This document shows positions 1 through 8,348 of a stretch of 17,374 bases of DNA, in pieces. Every line of letters starts with the position of its first letter. Position 1 is the stretch's first letter. This DNA is from Promethearchaeia archaeon (lineage in GTDB: Archaea; Asgardarchaeota; Lokiarchaeia; Sigyniarchaeales; SOKP01), in assembly GCA_046483985.1 (NCBI GenBank), contig JAWOCD010000010.1, positions 1 to 17,374 on the forward strand, read 5' to 3'. Position numbers and translations under genes: made by a program. The notes under the pieces are model-generated. The model did no database searches, was not told the DNA's origin, and worked only from the letters and a program-made list of their open reading frames with translations.

Positions 1-1479
1 GAAAAGAATTCCCAAACATTACAGTTCATTAATACCTTTATCTCTTCAATGAAAGAACCGATAGTAGTGCTAAACAGAGAGGCGGTTATTATGGCCTACA
101 ATGAGTCATTTGCGAAGAGGTTTCAAACGACCGAGAAAAGACTAAAAGAAAAAAAGTTTTTCAATATAGATAACGGTCGATGGAATATTAAACTTCTAAA
201 AGACCAATTTAAAAAGGCAAAAAATAATAATAAGCATATTAGTGGTATCGAAATAAACCTTAGTTCTCAAGAACAAGAACAAATGCTCCTAAATGTTGAG
301 ATTAAATCAATTTCTTTCGGAGATAAACAATTTTTCATCTTTTCAATAGACCAATTGGATGAAGAGAAAATTAACCAAGAATTACTAAAAGAAATTCAGA
401 TCAGGGATAAAATTGCTGATATTTTTTTAACAACATCGGATGAGGAAACATATCATCAAGTATTACAAATAATCCTTGAAATTATGGACAGCAAAATCGG
501 ATATTTTGGATATATAAATGAGGAAGGTGCCTTAGTGTGTCCATCAATGACCAGAGAAGTATGGGATAAATGTCAAATCTCAGATAAAGATATTGTTTTT
601 CCTAAAGAGAAATGGGGCGGTATTTGGGGAGAATCCCTAAGAAAGGAAAAAAGTCTTATCAGAAGTGAAGATTTAAACCCCCCAGCGGGACATATCCCTC
701 TTAAAAATGCTTTATGTGTCCCTATTTTTTATAAGGATAATGTAATCGGTCAAATTGTTGTCAGCAATAAAGAAACAGAATATAAAGAAAGTGATAAAAA
801 ATTACTTAAAAAAATTGCAACCCAGATTTCTCCGATTTTACATGCAAGGCTTGAACGAGACAAAAAAGAACAAGAAAAGCAACAGATAGAAGCCAGAGTA
901 AAAAGGTCCACGAGAAAAGAGATCATTGATGCATTAGATAAGCAAATCCTTCATCAACTGTTTTTAAATGGCAAAAAAAGTCTGAATCAGATAAAAAAGA
1001 AGGTTTTAAAAGCCAACGGAAAAAAGATGAGCCATACGGGTATTAATAATCGAATAAATAAGTTGATAGATGCAAATGTTCTAAAAATCCAAGGAAATGT
1101 AAATTTAAAGCAATTGGGATTTCAAGCGGCTTTTTTTCTGATCGAATTAGAGAATTACGATTTATTAAAGGAATACATAAGCAAAGCCAAAGAATGTCCG
1201 AGGGTTTTTTTGATCGCTCCCACTACGGGAAATTTTCATTTGGCTTTGGGGATAATTGGAAAGAAAATTGACCATATTAACAGTTGTTTGAACTATTGTG
1301 ATGTGGTCAGCAGAAAAGAGATTAAAAACTCTAAAATCATATTTGCACCTCAATTGGAAGTTCCCAAATATACTCCGCTTGATTTATTCTTTAATCTCGC
1401 CAACCATGAGAAACTTAAAGAGTTTTGTCAAGATTGTGAATCATATATAAATGAAAGTTGTTCTGGTTGCGGATTTTAA
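1..1479 (+). CDS. PAS-GAF-Lrp/AsnC one-component transcriptional regulator with C-terminal Cys cluster (5' end probably outside window)
   Basis: The frame is open from base 1 (EKNSQTLQFINTFISS-MKEP...). It has a PAS-like start (PIVVLNREAVIMAYNESF...NGRWNIKLL) and a GAF domain (GYFGYINEEG...ALCVPIFYKDNVIGQIVVSNKETEYKESDKKLL). An AsnC-type wHTH follows (IDALDKQILHQLFLNGKKSL...MSHTGINNRINKL), then a RAM-like domain (CPRVFLIAPTTGNFHL) and the tail CQDC-x7-CSGC. Confidence 0.8.
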   Translation, partial: EKNSQTLQFINTFISSMKEPIVVLNREAVIMAYNESFAKRFQTTEKRLKEKKFFNIDNGRWNIKLLKDQFKKAKNNNKHISGIEINLSSQEQEQMLLNVEIKSISFGDKQFFIFSIDQLDEEKINQELLKEIQIRDKIADIFLTTSDEETYHQVLQIILEIMDSKIGYFGYINEEGALVCPSMTREVWDKCQISDKDIVFPKEKWGGIWGESLRKEKSLIRSEDLNPPAGHIPLKNALCVPIFYKDNVIGQIVVSNKETEYKESDKKLLKKIATQISPILHARLERDKKEQEKQQIEARVKRSTRKEIIDALDKQILHQLFLNGKKSLNQIKKKVLKANGKKMSHTGINNRINKLIDANVLKIQGNVNLKQLGFQAAFFLIELENYDLLKEYISKAKECPRVFLIAPTTGNFHLALGIIGKKIDHINSCLNYCDVVSRKEIKNSKIIFAPQLEVPKYTPLDLFFNLANHEKLKEFCQDCESYINESCSGCGF

Positions 1480-1496
1480 GCAAAACTTTTGAAATA

Positions 1497-1559
1497 TATT
1501 ATAGCAAAACTTTCCATCATTGACTTAAGTAGTTACAAATATAGTCTTTTGCTATAATA
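1497..1559. repeat. 13-bp perfect inverted repeat between convergent genes
   Basis: TATTATAGCAAAA (1497-1509) and TTTTGCTATAATA (1547-1559) are separated by a 37-nt spacer. AGCAAAACTTT also occurs directly repeated at 1479-1489 and 1503-1513. Confidence 0.6.
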
Positions 1560-1684
1560 ATTTTTAATCATATATCTCCAGATATCACGCTTCTTTTCAG
1601 AATTAAGGGTAGATATGATTAAAATTGCTCTAAGTTAGAAAAACCGGAATTATAAAATGTAAAAAAAATTTTTATAAGATTAAT

Positions 1685-3295
1685 TTAGATTTTAGGTAGT
1701 TCTTTAATCTTGGGCCAGTTTCCATCATAGGTTATGCGGTTGATGAGCCACACGTCCACGAACTGAAATCCAAAATGCACCGCGCTGTGTTGGAAAGTCA
1801 GATAATACACCGTGGAGGCGCCTTCATGCTCATTAATTTCTTCATGCATTTTTTTGAAATCTTCTATACTAAACCGCTCGCCTCCGATTTTTCGCGCTTT
1901 TTTATATTTCTCGTCTCTAGCACTGTAATCCTCAATGTAGTATAAGAAATCGGTTAATGCCCATGCGCCAGTATATTGAAAGCCCATGTTTTTGATTATC
2001 TTAAACTTAGTCGTCATCCTTTTGAAATCCTCCTCAGTAGGCTCCTTACCTCCTTCTGAAGTGATGATATAAGGGATAGAGGCCTCATCAAAATAATACT
2101 TCATAGCCCGGCAAGAACTATAGATGGAATATTCCGATCCGACACCGGTCTCGTATATCATTACACCCACGCCATCCCAATTCCAGGGAGGAAAGGCAGA
2201 CAATTGCATCATTTGGAACTGTGCATCATCATAATCCACAAAATCATCGAGATGCATTCCAAATGTTGCGGTAACCACTGGATGGTCTCCTTCGATTTCC
2301 TTCATTTTCTTAACCGCAGTTTCAAGCTTTTCTGCGCCATCTTCATGTACGTTATACGAATTCCACCAATCCCAATAGAGATCATTTCGTTTTTCCCAAT
2401 AAAGTTCGGTGTCAATACAAATAACCCGAAAATCGTCGGTAAGATTATTTTCATTCACCCAATAATCAAAGAATTCAATTGTGCCCATGTACCTGTCAAT
2501 GGTAATATCATTGATATAAAGCCCATCGTAACCATATTCATCCAGGGGAAGTAGCGGCATGAAATCCCATGTGATTGAATGGTTGTTTAATTTTTCCGTC
2601 TCATTTAGCATGAAGTTTGTATAGAGGTTGGATAGCATTATATCCTCGGGCAACCCCACCATAACCGATACATTAATATTATCTAAATTGTTACAGTATT
2701 TTAACGCATCGAGGACCTCATCATCCATTTCCCAAATCTCTGCCCACATCCAATTGATTTCCAGATTCTCTGCACTGTTATCTTCCACCTCCACCGGTAT
2801 TTTTAGCATAGGCATAATAAAATATGCGGCGACAGGAAAAATCAAGTTAAAAATAAGTACAAGTGCACCTATCTTTCCAAATAGGCTTTTAAACCGGGGC
2901 AGTAACCTCTTTCTCTTTGTTGACTTTAAAAGTACAATAAATGCCAACACGTTTACTGCTGCAAGGAGCCAGTGATAAACCGTCCAATATCCTATAAAAG
3001 CATAAAGGGGGGTCAGTCCAATCAATATTCCGAGGTTATACAATATATTTTTGTTCTTTATGTGAAGAAAAATTCCGAATGCGAAGAACACCGTAGTAAA
3101 TCCCATTAAGATCCAACCCATTATCGAATCCAAGAACGAATAGACGATCAAAAGATTTATAGTAGTCCAGAGTAGTGGCACCAAGAAGTTGACAAAATTT
3201 ATACACAAAGCAATTAATACGAAATGATGTTCGTCAAGCCATCGAACGGTTTTAATGGTTCGATTTTTGGTTTTCTTTTCTTCTAATTTTTCCAT
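1685..3295 (-). CDS. Multi-pass membrane protein with acidic C-terminal TIM-barrel (GH18-like) domain
   Basis: 536-aa ORF with about 5 hydrophobic segments in the first ~165 aa. The acidic domain after them contains FRVICIDTELYW, WDGVGVMIYE and YTGAWAL, which resemble beta4 (DxE), beta6 (MxYD) and beta8 (W) of GH18-like barrels. The function is not certain. Confidence 0.55.
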   Translation of the reverse strand: MEKLEEKKTKNRTIKTVRWLDEHHFVLIALCINFVNFLVPLLWTTINLLIVYSFLDSIMGWILMGFTTVFFAFGIFLHIKNKNILYNLGILIGLTPLYAFIGYWTVYHWLLAAVNVLAFIVLLKSTKRKRLLPRFKSLFGKIGALVLIFNLIFPVAAYFIMPMLKIPVEVEDNSAENLEINWMWAEIWEMDDEVLDALKYCNNLDNINVSVMVGLPEDIMLSNLYTNFMLNETEKLNNHSITWDFMPLLPLDEYGYDGLYINDITIDRYMGTIEFFDYWVNENNLTDDFRVICIDTELYWEKRNDLYWDWWNSYNVHEDGAEKLETAVKKMKEIEGDHPVVTATFGMHLDDFVDYDDAQFQMMQLSAFPPWNWDGVGVMIYETGVGSEYSIYSSCRAMKYYFDEASIPYIITSEGGKEPTEEDFKRMTTKFKIIKNMGFQYTGAWALTDFLYYIEDYSARDEKYKKARKIGGERFSIEDFKKMHEEINEHEGASTVYYLTFQHSAVHFGFQFVDVWLINRITYDGNWPKIKELPKI

Positions 3296-3405
3296 AGAAA
3301 TTTCCTCAAAATTTATCCATATTTTTAATTAAGTTTTAGATATAGATCAATTTAAGATTTAACAGATGAAACTTTTAAAAGGAAATAAAATTTTTAAAAG
3401 CATAA

Positions 3406-3427
3406 ATTTGAATTGAATCATTCAAAT
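3406..3427. promoter_or_regulatory. Possible operator palindrome in divergent promoter region
   Basis: ATTTGAAT-N6-ATTCAAAT lies about 40 nt upstream of the GTPase ATG. The AT-rich context makes a chance match plausible. Confidence 0.25.
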
Positions 3428-3469
3428 GAGATAATAACTCTTAATTATAAGAATAGAGACTAACTCGCT

Positions 3470-4528
3470 ATGGTTAAAACGTTAATTTCTGGGATTTTAT
3501 ATTGTCAAATAAGAAAAGATGCAAATGTGTTTGAGTGGATTTCAGCAAATGACTATGATATGAAAAGAAAAGTTGAAAAACGGTATGAATCTTTAACAAA
3601 GGTAAATTTAGCAACTTTGAATAACAACTGCAAAGAAGAAACTCTCGAGATAATCCCATTCTCCTCTCTAACTCTGAAGGGGATGATCAAATATATTCCG
3701 CGCGATGATGAATGCTCCGAAAACCTTATCAATAGTTTTCTGATGATTTTGTTCAAAGAAGTGGACGATTTAATCTTCTATAAGTATCAAAAAGATCTTG
3801 CAACTTTATTTTCCCAATACAGCAGAAAACTCCGCCAGATCAGCAACCATTCTACCGGTGATCATCAACGAGTTCACAATCTGTTAAAAAGCTTCGAAGG
3901 AGAGCTTATCGAACGATTAGAAAGTCTTAAAACTAAAGAACTCCAAGAAAAAAAGTCTGAAGTAACGGAAGAAGACCAATTCAAGATTGAAAAAAAGAAG
4001 AGTTTCGTATTTAAAATTATTGTCTGTGGAGATGCAGCTGTTGGAAAGACTAGCCTCGTTTTAAAATTTACAGATAATGCATTTCGCCGGCAATATCTCC
4101 CCACTTTAGGTGTAAATATCAGTGAAAAAAAGCTTCATCTTAATGGAGCGTTAATAAAACTTATGCTCTGGGATCTCTCGGGGCAGAAAAAATTCAAAAT
4201 GATGAGAACATCCTCATATCCCGGGGCTCTAGCCTATATTTTTGTATTTGACACTACTAATCCGAAAACATTGAAGAATTTAGAGTTTTGGTATGAAGAA
4301 GTAAAAGGTATGAGAAAAACGGACAAACAGTTTATTGGATTATTGCTGGGAAACAAAATAGATCTGGAAGAAAAACAAAATATTGAAAAGGCTCTGATAG
4401 AAAAGTATCGTTCAGATTGGAATTTTAAATATTTTCAGACCTCCGCATTAACGGGGAAGAATGTGGAGGAAGCATTTCAATTTCTTGCCGAAAAACTCTA
4501 TTATTTGCAGAACACCTCTTCGACCTAA
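3470..4528 (+). CDS. Rab-like small GTPase with N-terminal uDENN/longin-like domain (Asgard eukaryotic signature protein)
   Basis: All five G motifs are present: G1 GDAAVGKT, G2 YLPTLG, G3 WDLSGQ, G4 NKID and G5 TSAL. RabF-like segments are LGVNI, KLMLW, SYPGA and FVFDTT. There is a ~175-aa N-terminal alpha/beta extension and no C-terminal prenylation Cys. Confidence 0.88.
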   Translation: MVKTLISGILYCQIRKDANVFEWISANDYDMKRKVEKRYESLTKVNLATLNNNCKEETLEIIPFSSLTLKGMIKYIPRDDECSENLINSFLMILFKEVDDLIFYKYQKDLATLFSQYSRKLRQISNHSTGDHQRVHNLLKSFEGELIERLESLKTKELQEKKSEVTEEDQFKIEKKKSFVFKIIVCGDAAVGKTSLVLKFTDNAFRRQYLPTLGVNISEKKLHLNGALIKLMLWDLSGQKKFKMMRTSSYPGALAYIFVFDTTNPKTLKNLEFWYEEVKGMRKTDKQFIGLLLGNKIDLEEKQNIEKALIEKYRSDWNFKYFQTSALTGKNVEEAFQFLAEKLYYLQNTSST

Positions 4529-4589
4529 TAATTAATGGATAAATAAATTTTTAATAAATTGAGAGGAACTATTATAACCTTCCTGCCTT

Positions 4590-4956
4590 ATGTTTCAAGA
4601 AATAATTACGGGGATCTTATACATCCGATTTGATGAAGCTAAGGGAACTACCCGCTTACATGGTATCCGGACGATATAAATGAAAGATATCGAATGTTTC
4701 TCGGCATTAAATCGGTAACCTTATTAACAGGTGAGGATGGATATATTCCAGAGAAGTTAGTTTATATCCCTCTTCCATCTATTGTTTCCAAATGCATTAT
4801 AAAATACTTAAAATGGGACGATCCAGCAAAACGAGGGGTACTGGAATTATTGCCCAAGAGATAAACTTTGGCTATATGGAAATGTCTGCCCTGACGGGCT
4901 ATAATGTTCATCAAGTTTTTTATGAACTCGCGAAAGAGCTAAATGACTTACTTTAG
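4590..4956 (+). pseudogene. Frameshifted, internally deleted paralog of the upstream uDENN-like/Rab GTPase
   Basis: Three segments join through two -1 shifts: MFQEIITGILYIRFDEAKGTT (from 4590), then PLTWYPDDINERYRMFLGIKSVTLLTGEDGYIPEKLVYIPLPSIVSKCIIKYLKWDDPAKRG, then GTGIIAQEINFGYMEMSALTGYNVHQVFYELAKELNDLL* (stop 4954-4956). These match LISGILY, LEIIPFSSLTLKGMIKYIPRDD and FQTSALTGKNVEEAFQFLAEKL of the upstream protein. G1-G4 are absent. Confidence 0.85.
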
Positions 4957-5053
4957 CCATGTAAGATTGGAATAAATTAAAATTATGTATCCTTTTGCAC
5001 ATCCGATCATTTTTAAATTCCAAACGATTTTCTTTCGTGTTATTCATTTCCAA

Positions 5054-5647
5054 ATGGATGTGATAAAAACGGATTTTGAGCAAGTAATCTATTCAAGAAG
5101 GAGTATACGTCGCTATAAGCAAGAACCAGTATCCGAAGATACTCTTAAAAAATTGATCGATTATGCACGTCTCGCTCCGGCGGGAATGAACTTTCAAGCA
5201 ATTGAATATATTCTCGTATTAGATCCTGATAAACGGGAAAAACTATTTCCTTTATTATCTTACGCCGCAGCATTACCGAAAGAAAAGAGAACACCCGAAG
5301 AAGGCAGAAGACCCACTGCGTATATAATTGTATTGCAAAATACCGACATTAAAGATGCAAAATCAGCGGCTTTTGATGTGGGTGCCGCAGTGGAAAATAT
5401 TTTGCTTGGTGCAGTAAATCACAGATTAGCTGCATGTTGGGTGGGCTCTATTAAAAGAAGGAAGATCAGAGACCTCTTCGACATCCCCAAGAATTACGAT
5501 ATTAAACACGTGATTAGTTTAGGAGTTCCAGATGAAGAATCCTCTACAGAAGAATATGACGATTTATTTAAGTATTGGAAAGACGAAGAGGGCAATATGC
5601 ATGTGCCAAAACGCGAACTGGACGACGTGATTAAAGAGATTATTTAG
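5054..5647 (+). CDS. Nitroreductase family protein (FMN-dependent)
   Basis: Motifs SRRSIRRY, ARLAPAGMNFQ, DVGAAVENILLGA...LAACWVG and ISLGVP. I prefer the ATG at 5054 (MDVIKTDFE) over 4985 because the 23-aa extension is Phe/Ile-rich and looks non-coding. Confidence 0.9.
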   Translation: MDVIKTDFEQVIYSRRSIRRYKQEPVSEDTLKKLIDYARLAPAGMNFQAIEYILVLDPDKREKLFPLLSYAAALPKEKRTPEEGRRPTAYIIVLQNTDIKDAKSAAFDVGAAVENILLGAVNHRLAACWVGSIKRRKIRDLFDIPKNYDIKHVISLGVPDEESSTEEYDDLFKYWKDEEGNMHVPKRELDDVIKEII

Positions 5648-5654
5648 ATTATAA

Positions 5655-5681
5655 TTTTTTATTATTTTCTTTTTTTCCTTT
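5655..5681 (+). terminator. Probable archaeal oligo-U terminator after nitroreductase
   Basis: A T-rich tract (TTTTTTATTATTTTCTTTTTTTCCTTT) lies just after the stop codon. Confidence 0.35.
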
Positions 5682-5908
5682 TAACGGGTGACTATGACCA
5701 ATATTGAAACAAGGTCGAAATTTCAGTAAAACGGAATAAATCCATGTCAAGCAAAGTGGCTAATTGATTTAGCTCCTCGTAATAGTTTCCATAGGCATTC
5801 CCTTTGTGTTGTCCTATTCCCTTCTGTTCTTCCTTAAAATAAGTATTACTTACGACATTATTAATAAAGATAAAAAATAGATTAAAATAAAAAATAAAGA
5901 AAAAAGGA

Positions 5909-7351
5909 TTATTGATTATTTTTTTCTTGGATTATTGCAAGTTCCTTGCGCATTTCCTCCAATTTTTCTCCGTGTAGAGAAAACTGACCAAGGAAAAAGA
6001 AGGCAAGACCCAGCGCTATTGCGGGAAAGAGAAAAATGATAGCTTTTAATCCGAGGACAACTTGATCTGTTGCTGGTACATAATCCGACCACCCAGTCCC
6101 TTGAAAGACTAAACCGATTGCTAAAATAGCGAAGATCTGGGAAAATCGGTGGACAAACGCGTTTACTCCGTAATAACTGGCGGAGCGTTTCATTCCATAT
6201 TCAACTTGGTCTTGATCTATAACATCTCCTATGAGTATATCTACATAAAATAGCCCCCCTCCTAATGGCACTCCTTGAAGTCCAGTAACTATAATGAAAC
6301 CGGTACTCATTCCTTCACTTAGAAATAAATAAGGGGATAGTACAACAATCCATAAGGCACAGGTCATCATGAGACCATTTCTTGTTCCTATCTTCTTACC
6401 TATTTTTTGATGAATTGGAAGAGAAATACCTGCGATTATCATAGCACTTAATAATGCTATAGTATTAGTAAGGTCTCCCTCTTTTTGTATTCCTATAACC
6501 CATCTACTATAAAGCGAGAATACAGAGAGCAAAGTGGTAAATACAAACCAGACACACATATTTGAGAGAGTAAACTTGATGAAAGTCTTATTCTTGAGAG
6601 TAACCTTTAGGGATTCAATAAATTTAGGTCGTTTTTCAAAATCTTCTGCACGCTCTTCTTCCTCCTCTACTCCTTTCGTAATGAAAATTATGGCTGAAAT
6701 GAGTATGATAACCCCTAGTACAATCCCTGTCAATATATATTTCCCTTGGAATTCCAATCTAGTATTTAGGCTTGGATCACCTTCTGGAACTAAGGGTGAA
6801 ATAATTAATGTTGGGATTGCAGTTGCGCAAATAACGGCGACAAGGGTAAAACCTTTGACGAAAATATTTGTCTTTGCTCTTTCTTGTTCGTTTGGGAACA
6901 TCTCGGGAAATATTGCATTGAGATTGACGGACCACATGGTGTAAATTAATTCAAAGGTTAAGATAATTATGATAAAGTAAATAAATTCAATCAATTCACT
7001 CGTAATCGGAACTGAAAATAACAAGATCATAATTATACTAAGCGGAATCCCAGATATGATGAGATACAACTTCCGTTTACCGAATCCTTTCCTGTATTTT
7101 GTTCTATCCGAGAGAGATCCGAGTAATGGATCATTTACTGCATTCCAAACCCCCCACACTACGTAAGCAGCGGTGACCAGAAGTACATTTAGCCCTACAA
7201 CCGCAAAATAATAGGAGAATACTAATAGAGTAAACGCTTGGTATGTTAATTGGTCGGGAATTGCACCCAGCCCGAAAAAAGCACGTTTTTTCGTGCTATA
7301 AATCTCTTCATTTGTAAGAACATCTTGAGATTTTTGTTTTTCTTCTGACAT
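5909..7351 (-). CDS. MFS transporter, glycoside-pentoside-hexuronide (GPH/MelB-like) family
   Basis: 480 aa with about 12 TM segments. Family motifs are WNAVNDPLLGSLSDRT...GKRK, FPEMFPNEQERAK, LKNKTF and DVIDQD...GMKRSASYYG. Confidence 0.9.
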   Translation of the reverse strand: MSEEKQKSQDVLTNEEIYSTKKRAFFGLGAIPDQLTYQAFTLLVFSYYFAVVGLNVLLVTAAYVVWGVWNAVNDPLLGSLSDRTKYRKGFGKRKLYLIISGIPLSIIMILLFSVPITSELIEFIYFIIIILTFELIYTMWSVNLNAIFPEMFPNEQERAKTNIFVKGFTLVAVICATAIPTLIISPLVPEGDPSLNTRLEFQGKYILTGIVLGVIILISAIIFITKGVEEEEERAEDFEKRPKFIESLKVTLKNKTFIKFTLSNMCVWFVFTTLLSVFSLYSRWVIGIQKEGDLTNTIALLSAMIIAGISLPIHQKIGKKIGTRNGLMMTCALWIVVLSPYLFLSEGMSTGFIIVTGLQGVPLGGGLFYVDILIGDVIDQDQVEYGMKRSASYYGVNAFVHRFSQIFAILAIGLVFQGTGWSDYVPATDQVVLGLKAIIFLFPAIALGLAFFFLGQFSLHGEKLEEMRKELAIIQEKNNQ

Positions 7352-7575
7352 AATATATCATCACATATTAAATTAAAAATAATAATCTTATTATTATCTA
7401 TTAAATCTAATACCTATTCTTCCATATAAATTCTCTCTTTTTATATTATGTGCACAATTAAGGGGAAAAAAGGAAAAGCGAGTTTAGAACTGATTTTTGT
7501 TGAAAATTTCACTGTCTTATCAATAAGTATAACAGAAATGCAAGATTTATTAATTTTCAGTATAATATTAGTAGT

Positions 7576-8247
7576 ATGAATCTTAAAGAGTTCTCGAAAA
7601 TTTTTGATCATACCAATCTTCATGCAGATGCTCGTGCTGAAGATATTGAAAAATTATGTGAAGAAGCAATTGAATATGGATTTGGCACAGTATGTATTAA
7701 TGCTGGAAATATCCCCATTGCGAGAGAAATCTTGGAGAATTCAGAAGTTGAAATCTGTACGGTGGTTGGATTCCCCTTAGGTGCCTCCTTGCCGTCAGTG
7801 AAGCAATATGAAGTCAAACAAGCACGGAAGGCGGGTGCTTCGGAGTTTGATATGGTGATTAATATAGGTGCATTAAAAAGCGGTGAATACGAGAATGTAA
7901 AAAAGGATATCCAAGGGGTGGTAAAAGCTGCAAAGGGAAATATTACAAAAGTTATTCTGGAAACATGTTACCTAACTGATGAGGAAGTCATGAAAGCCTG
8001 TGAGCTTTCACTGGAAGCCGGAGCGGACTTCGTAAAAACTAGTACCGGATTTGGTCCCGAAGGGGCTACACTAGAAAATGTGGCACTTATGAACAAGACC
8101 GTCGAAAATAAAATGAAGGTAAAAGCATCGGGCGGCATTCGTTCCTATGAGAAGGCGAAAAAGATGTTAGATGCTGGAGCAGACCGAATCGGTGCAAGTT
8201 CAAGTGTGAAGATTGTGGAAGAGTATCGAAGCATAGTGGAAAGCTAA
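7576..8247 (+). CDS. deoC: 2-deoxyribose-5-phosphate aldolase
   Basis: Motifs DHTNL, CTVVGFPLGA, EFDMVINIG, KVILET, FVKTSTGF (Schiff-base Lys), KASGGIR and RIGAS. Confidence 0.97.
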   Translation: MNLKEFSKIFDHTNLHADARAEDIEKLCEEAIEYGFGTVCINAGNIPIAREILENSEVEICTVVGFPLGASLPSVKQYEVKQARKAGASEFDMVINIGALKSGEYENVKKDIQGVVKAAKGNITKVILETCYLTDEEVMKACELSLEAGADFVKTSTGFGPEGATLENVALMNKTVENKMKVKASGGIRSYEKAKKMLDAGADRIGASSSVKIVEEYRSIVES

Positions 8248-8348
8248 CCATTACTTTCATAAAATCATAACAATTGGGAATGTGCAAAAAGAAATTTTAA
8301 AAATTTTTATGAAATTTTATTTAATATATTAGGAAAAAGGAAAACAAT

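Noticed and set aside
1165-4104. Short ORFs 1165-1353(-), 2204-2554(+), 2628-2975(+), 3474-3659(-), 3553-3756(-), 3874-4104(-)
   Set aside because: These are antisense shadows of well-supported long CDSs and show no motifs.
4641-4660. Programmed -1 frameshifting in the GTPase relic
   Set aside because: There is no X XXY YYZ slippery heptamer at either shift site, and the product would still lack G1-G4.
4985-5053. Longer nitroreductase start at 4985
   Set aside because: The extension is low-complexity T-rich sequence, and family similarity begins after ATG 5054.
4847-5083. 78-aa minus-strand ORF
   Set aside because: It is antisense to the GTPase relic and to the nitroreductase start, and has no recognisable features.
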